The notes beneath the pieces were generated by a model. The model made no database searches. It saw only the letters and a program-made list of their open reading frames with translations, and had not been told where the DNA came from. Both the position numbers and the translations under genes were made by a program. A DNA stretch of 63,340 bases, the filler included, from Nemertoderma westbladi (taxonomy: Eukaryota > Animalia > Xenacoelomorpha): NCBI GenBank assembly GCA_032718475.1. It is 3 parts of 3 records of this genome, joined end to end, with 100 filler letters (N's around TTAATTAATTAA, not from the genome) between each part and the next. Parts side by side here need not be neighbours in the genome. Positions count along the whole stretch, not along the records: positions 54,574 to 63,340 come from JAUCBJ010002073.1; 2 more parts are not named here. The stretch is one strand, 5' to 3'. This document shows, one piece after another, positions 60,021-63,340 of this stretch; position 1 is the stretch's first letter; the number at the start of each line of letters is the position of its first letter.

Positions 60021-60068
60021 TACTACTATAGTAGGATCGGCATGCTGCATTTTTTTTCTTTTAGAATG
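60021..60068 (-). mobile_element. Isolated 3' tail of the same RTE-like LINE
   Basis: The reverse complement ATGCAGCATGCCGATCCTAC...TAGTAGTA matches 4645-4675. Confidence 0.7.
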
Positions 60069-60450
60069 AACACCCCAGATCGGGGTAAACTATATTAATT
60101 CATTAAAAGTAATATAATACAGTAGTACAATAATATTACACATACACAGGGTGTCCAAGACTATGGAGCGCCCTGTAACTTGTGAATTATATACCTGTTA
60201 AAATTAGACCGAACCGTCGGAAATGTTAAAAGTATAAATATATTCATATTCATGATAAAAATTATTCAATGTTAAAAATATATGAAATTGACAATGTATT
60301 ATAGATTAATTAATAGCGGGGGGCGGACGTGCAGTTAAAAACGTGCAGATGGTCGCTGCAGCACTCGCAGCAGAATCTACAACTGCATTCCAGGCTAAGT
60401 GAGTGGAACGGGGTGGGGTTCGTACACAGTTTATTGTGGAACCCATGGCA

Positions 60451-60830
60451 AGCTGCATTTTTAAGAATGCTGTGCCGGTTTGTCGACCAAATTTCGCCGC
60501 CACAACTCCCTATCACCCATGACATTTGCTAGATCATCCGCATCTTCAAGGCCAGTGTCCTTTAAGATGCGACTCAAGAAAGTCATGGGCTGTCCACCAT
60601 GCTTATTCACTCCATGAGGCTGCCGAAGTACAAGATTATGTACTGGCTGGTCCTCACGGCGAAAGCAATGTCCTGCAAAGCGGAGGCGATTTTGTTCTAG
60701 TGTCAAGCTTGGGGGAACCAATGAGACACCTTGTTATATAGTGTCTGGTTGGAGATCTGTGCATTGTACTTGACACAATGAACCCGGCGTAGCATTCTTG
60801 TGAATGTGCCATACAGAGATTTGGTGTCCA
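60451..60830 (-). mobile_element. RTE-like LINE 3' fragment
   Basis: Overlaps 36210-36306 (DTKSL..TFTRMLRRVH) and 4487-4641; encodes RLRFAGHCFRR. It links all three LINE pieces into one family. Confidence 0.9.
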
Positions 60831-62002
60831 AAGCGCAACCTGAATGTAAACAGATAGTTGCACAAGTTTACCATTTATATGACTACCACACAGCATAAAG
60901 TTAATGGCTAATAAAATATTGCTAATTATTAATTTAATTATCAATCATATTGGTTTTCATAAAAAAGCAAATAATAACTCACCATCATATTACATTTTAT
61001 TATTATAACTATAAATATTTTAAACCGATCTAAAACTACTCTGTATAGTTACTAGGCCTACACCTTTTCAAAATGTATTTCTGAAAACATCACATATTGA
61101 TTTCAAGACTGCTGGTCTAACTGCGTTTCAGTTTTTTTGAAATTTCATAATGTTACAATATGATTTGAGTAAATCGATTTCGATCTCAGAATATAGGCCT
61201 ACCTACTGTACCATTTGCATTTCAATTCAACAATTACATTTAAATTTCAAAATGAGCCATTTTGATTTCATACATTTATTTTCAGAATGAGTTGTTTGAA
61301 TTTTATAAATCAAGTTTCTATTTCAGAAATTACATATGGATTTCAGATAAGGGAAGAAGAATTTTGAAATATATCAAACGTGTTATAGAAAAATAAATTT
61401 AGATTAATTCAATGTAGATTTCAGTATTCTGTTTCATGAAGTTATAATTGTTCCGTTTCATAGTCAGAACTCTTCAGATACCCCAGTATTATTCCATTTC
61501 GCATTCAGAAATTAAAATTATGAAACCGAAATGGAAATTTTGGAATCAAAATTCTGAAATTGAACGGAATGTTTTTTCAAGTAATAAACTCAAGTAGTGC
61601 TTAAATAAAATATATTCTGAAATGAAAATATAGTTTTCTAAAATCCAATATAAATATTTCTGAAAATATAAATTTAACTTCGTGACCACATTTTGAAAAT
61701 TTCTGGAATGCAACTGGAATTTCGAATTTTGGAAGTCCAATTGGTTTATTTATTCTGAAATTCAAAATCTAACATTGAAATGGAATAATTCTGAAATTAA
61801 ATAGATTTACTACAATCAAATTAGAACATTCTGGAATAAAATAGAAAATTTAAATTGAATTACAACTGCGTTAAATTTATATGGGATTTATGTAACAGGA
61901 ATACGATAACTACATTACTCATTTAGCCTACACTAGGTCTACCCGTCTACATACTGTAGAAAGTCTATATACGATTAATTAAAACTTAAACTACTTAAAA
62001 TA

Positions 62003-62244
62003 TTAATTAAGTGCAGCTCCAGCTGCAGCTCCAACACCGGCTGCCGCAGCAACAGCAGCCTTCCCAACACCGGCCACAGCAACACTCTGTGCCACTGAGA
62101 ACAGACCCGTAGTTGCACCACCATAGACTGCGGATTGAATGCCTGCAGCCATGCTCCCGGCCGCTACTCCACCAGCCGTGAAGCCTACTGCGGGTAAAAC
62201 AAAAGGCGCCGCTAGTACCGTTGTGACACCGATGACCGCACCAA
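62003..62244 (-). CDS. IFI6/IFI27 (ISG12)-family small hydrophobic protein, exon 2
   Basis: tttttgcag acceptor; GAVIGVTTVLAAPFVLPAVGFTAGGVAAGSMAAGIQSAVYGGATTGLFSVAQS...AALN*, containing the GFTxxGxAAGSxAA signature. Confidence 0.9.
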
Positions 62245-62374
62245 CTGCAAAAAATATAGGCCTATATACCGTAATAATTAGAGTACAATTACATACGTGA
62301 GTCGAAATGAGTGCCTTCCAGGTAAGACTTACAGTTAATAATGTGTAAAAGTTTATTATGTAAATAGTACTTAC

Positions 62375-62387
62375 ATATTAAATCCAT
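62375..62387 (-). CDS. IFI27-like exon 1 (MDLI+T); spliced product 84 aa
   Basis: ATGGATTTAATAT|GTAAGT consensus donor; phase 1 matches exon 2. Confidence 0.8.
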
Positions 62388-62882
62388 CGTTGTATTCGTA
62401 GAAGAAAAGGTTAGCGAATGAATATGTTCCGGTAGGCTATATGTTGACGAATAATCTGAATAATGTGTTGAATAGATGTATCAAAACTTTATTACCGGTG
62501 GGCCTACTGGCCTATAGAAAATATTTCAACAAATTGCAGAATAAACAAACAGGCCTATTTAAACTAATTAAACCTGGGAAGTAAATCCAAGGCAGGTTAG
62601 TAAAAGAAGCCCGAAGCCGGTTACATAGGCGGTTTGAAAGGAACCAAAACAAATAAACGAAACTCGTCATAATTTCGATTACTTCTCAAGGCTTATTGGA
62701 TAAATCGAATAGGCCTACAGAAACTTCGCATTGCATTTCGGATAAACTGCTACACAGACGACCGCCAACCACCAACAACAGGCTGATAGCCGTCGACCAT
62801 CAAGTGCTGGGCTTTGTGTGCTTTCTGACTAAGTTATCGGCGTGTATCAATGTTTACATTTTACAATATAGTAATAATAATA

Positions 62883-63268
62883 CACCATGTCCCGTAATAT
62901 AGTGTCATTTTCTGATGAAACGGACCCCCCCCCCCAGGTTTTTCTACAAATCTTTATCATGATGCTTGAAATTTGAAACACAACTAGTTCCACTCACCGT
63001 CGATGACCGCATGAAGCCGGAATTTTCGATTTTGCCTTTAAATTTTGTTTATAAGCGTTTTAAAAAAGTGTCTTTTGCGAAATCGCACCCTCAGTATCGT
63101 GGCCATTCTTCGCATTTGTCGTAACTTTTACATATCATTAAAAAGCTCGCGTTGCAAGGATTCGAAATATGTAACAATATCTGAATTTCGTTGAGAAACA
63201 GCTGAGATATAGGCGTTCAAATATTGCATGTGTCATCAGAAAATGACACTATATTACGGGACATGGTG
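62883..63268. mobile_element. Tc1/mariner-type MITE with TA TSD
   Basis: TA|CACCATGTCCCGTAATATAGTGTCATTTTCTGATGA...TCATCAGAAAATGACACTATATTACGGGACATGGTG|TA. Confidence 0.9.
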
Positions 63269-63340
63269 TATATCATATAACTAACTGTATGGAAAAACCA
63301 TTCCATGGAAAACACAAACAGAAAACTGATCACAGTACAG

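Overview
AT-rich, intron-containing animal genomic DNA, probably a bilaterian invertebrate (inferred from the SINE and transposon repertoire). It is three contigs joined by artificial N44-TTAATTAATTAA-N44 linkers. Host genes: six GT-AG exons of a NOSTRIN-like F-BAR/HR1 gene (+, 7244-18982; start and SH3 exons not found); an intronless phospholipase C delta-like gene nested antisense in its intron; an intronless PCNP-like gene; a two-exon DHRS1-like SDR that lacks the catalytic Tyr and has an apparent GG-AG intron; and a two-exon IFI6/IFI27 (ISG12)-family gene absent from the ORF track. Mobile DNA dominates the rest: an apparently intact GC-rich CsRn1-lineage Gypsy element with a -1 frameshift signal, two BEL/Pao fragments, a solo LTR, RTE-like LINE pieces, four head-to-tail non-autonomous Helitrons, SINEs, many MITEs, several satellites and a ~3.6-kb duplication. 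Most notable: (1) a tRNA-like A-box/B-box element whose centre is a minimal type I hammerhead ribozyme, in the sense strand of a NOSTRIN intron, with a second decayed copy; (2) Helitron-borne ~146-bp repeats each carrying a CTCF-like motif; (3) a ~190-bp LINE 3' end flanked by a 547-bp direct duplication; (4) one bipartite ~50-bp module shared by unrelated MITE families. All calls were made by eye, with no database searches.
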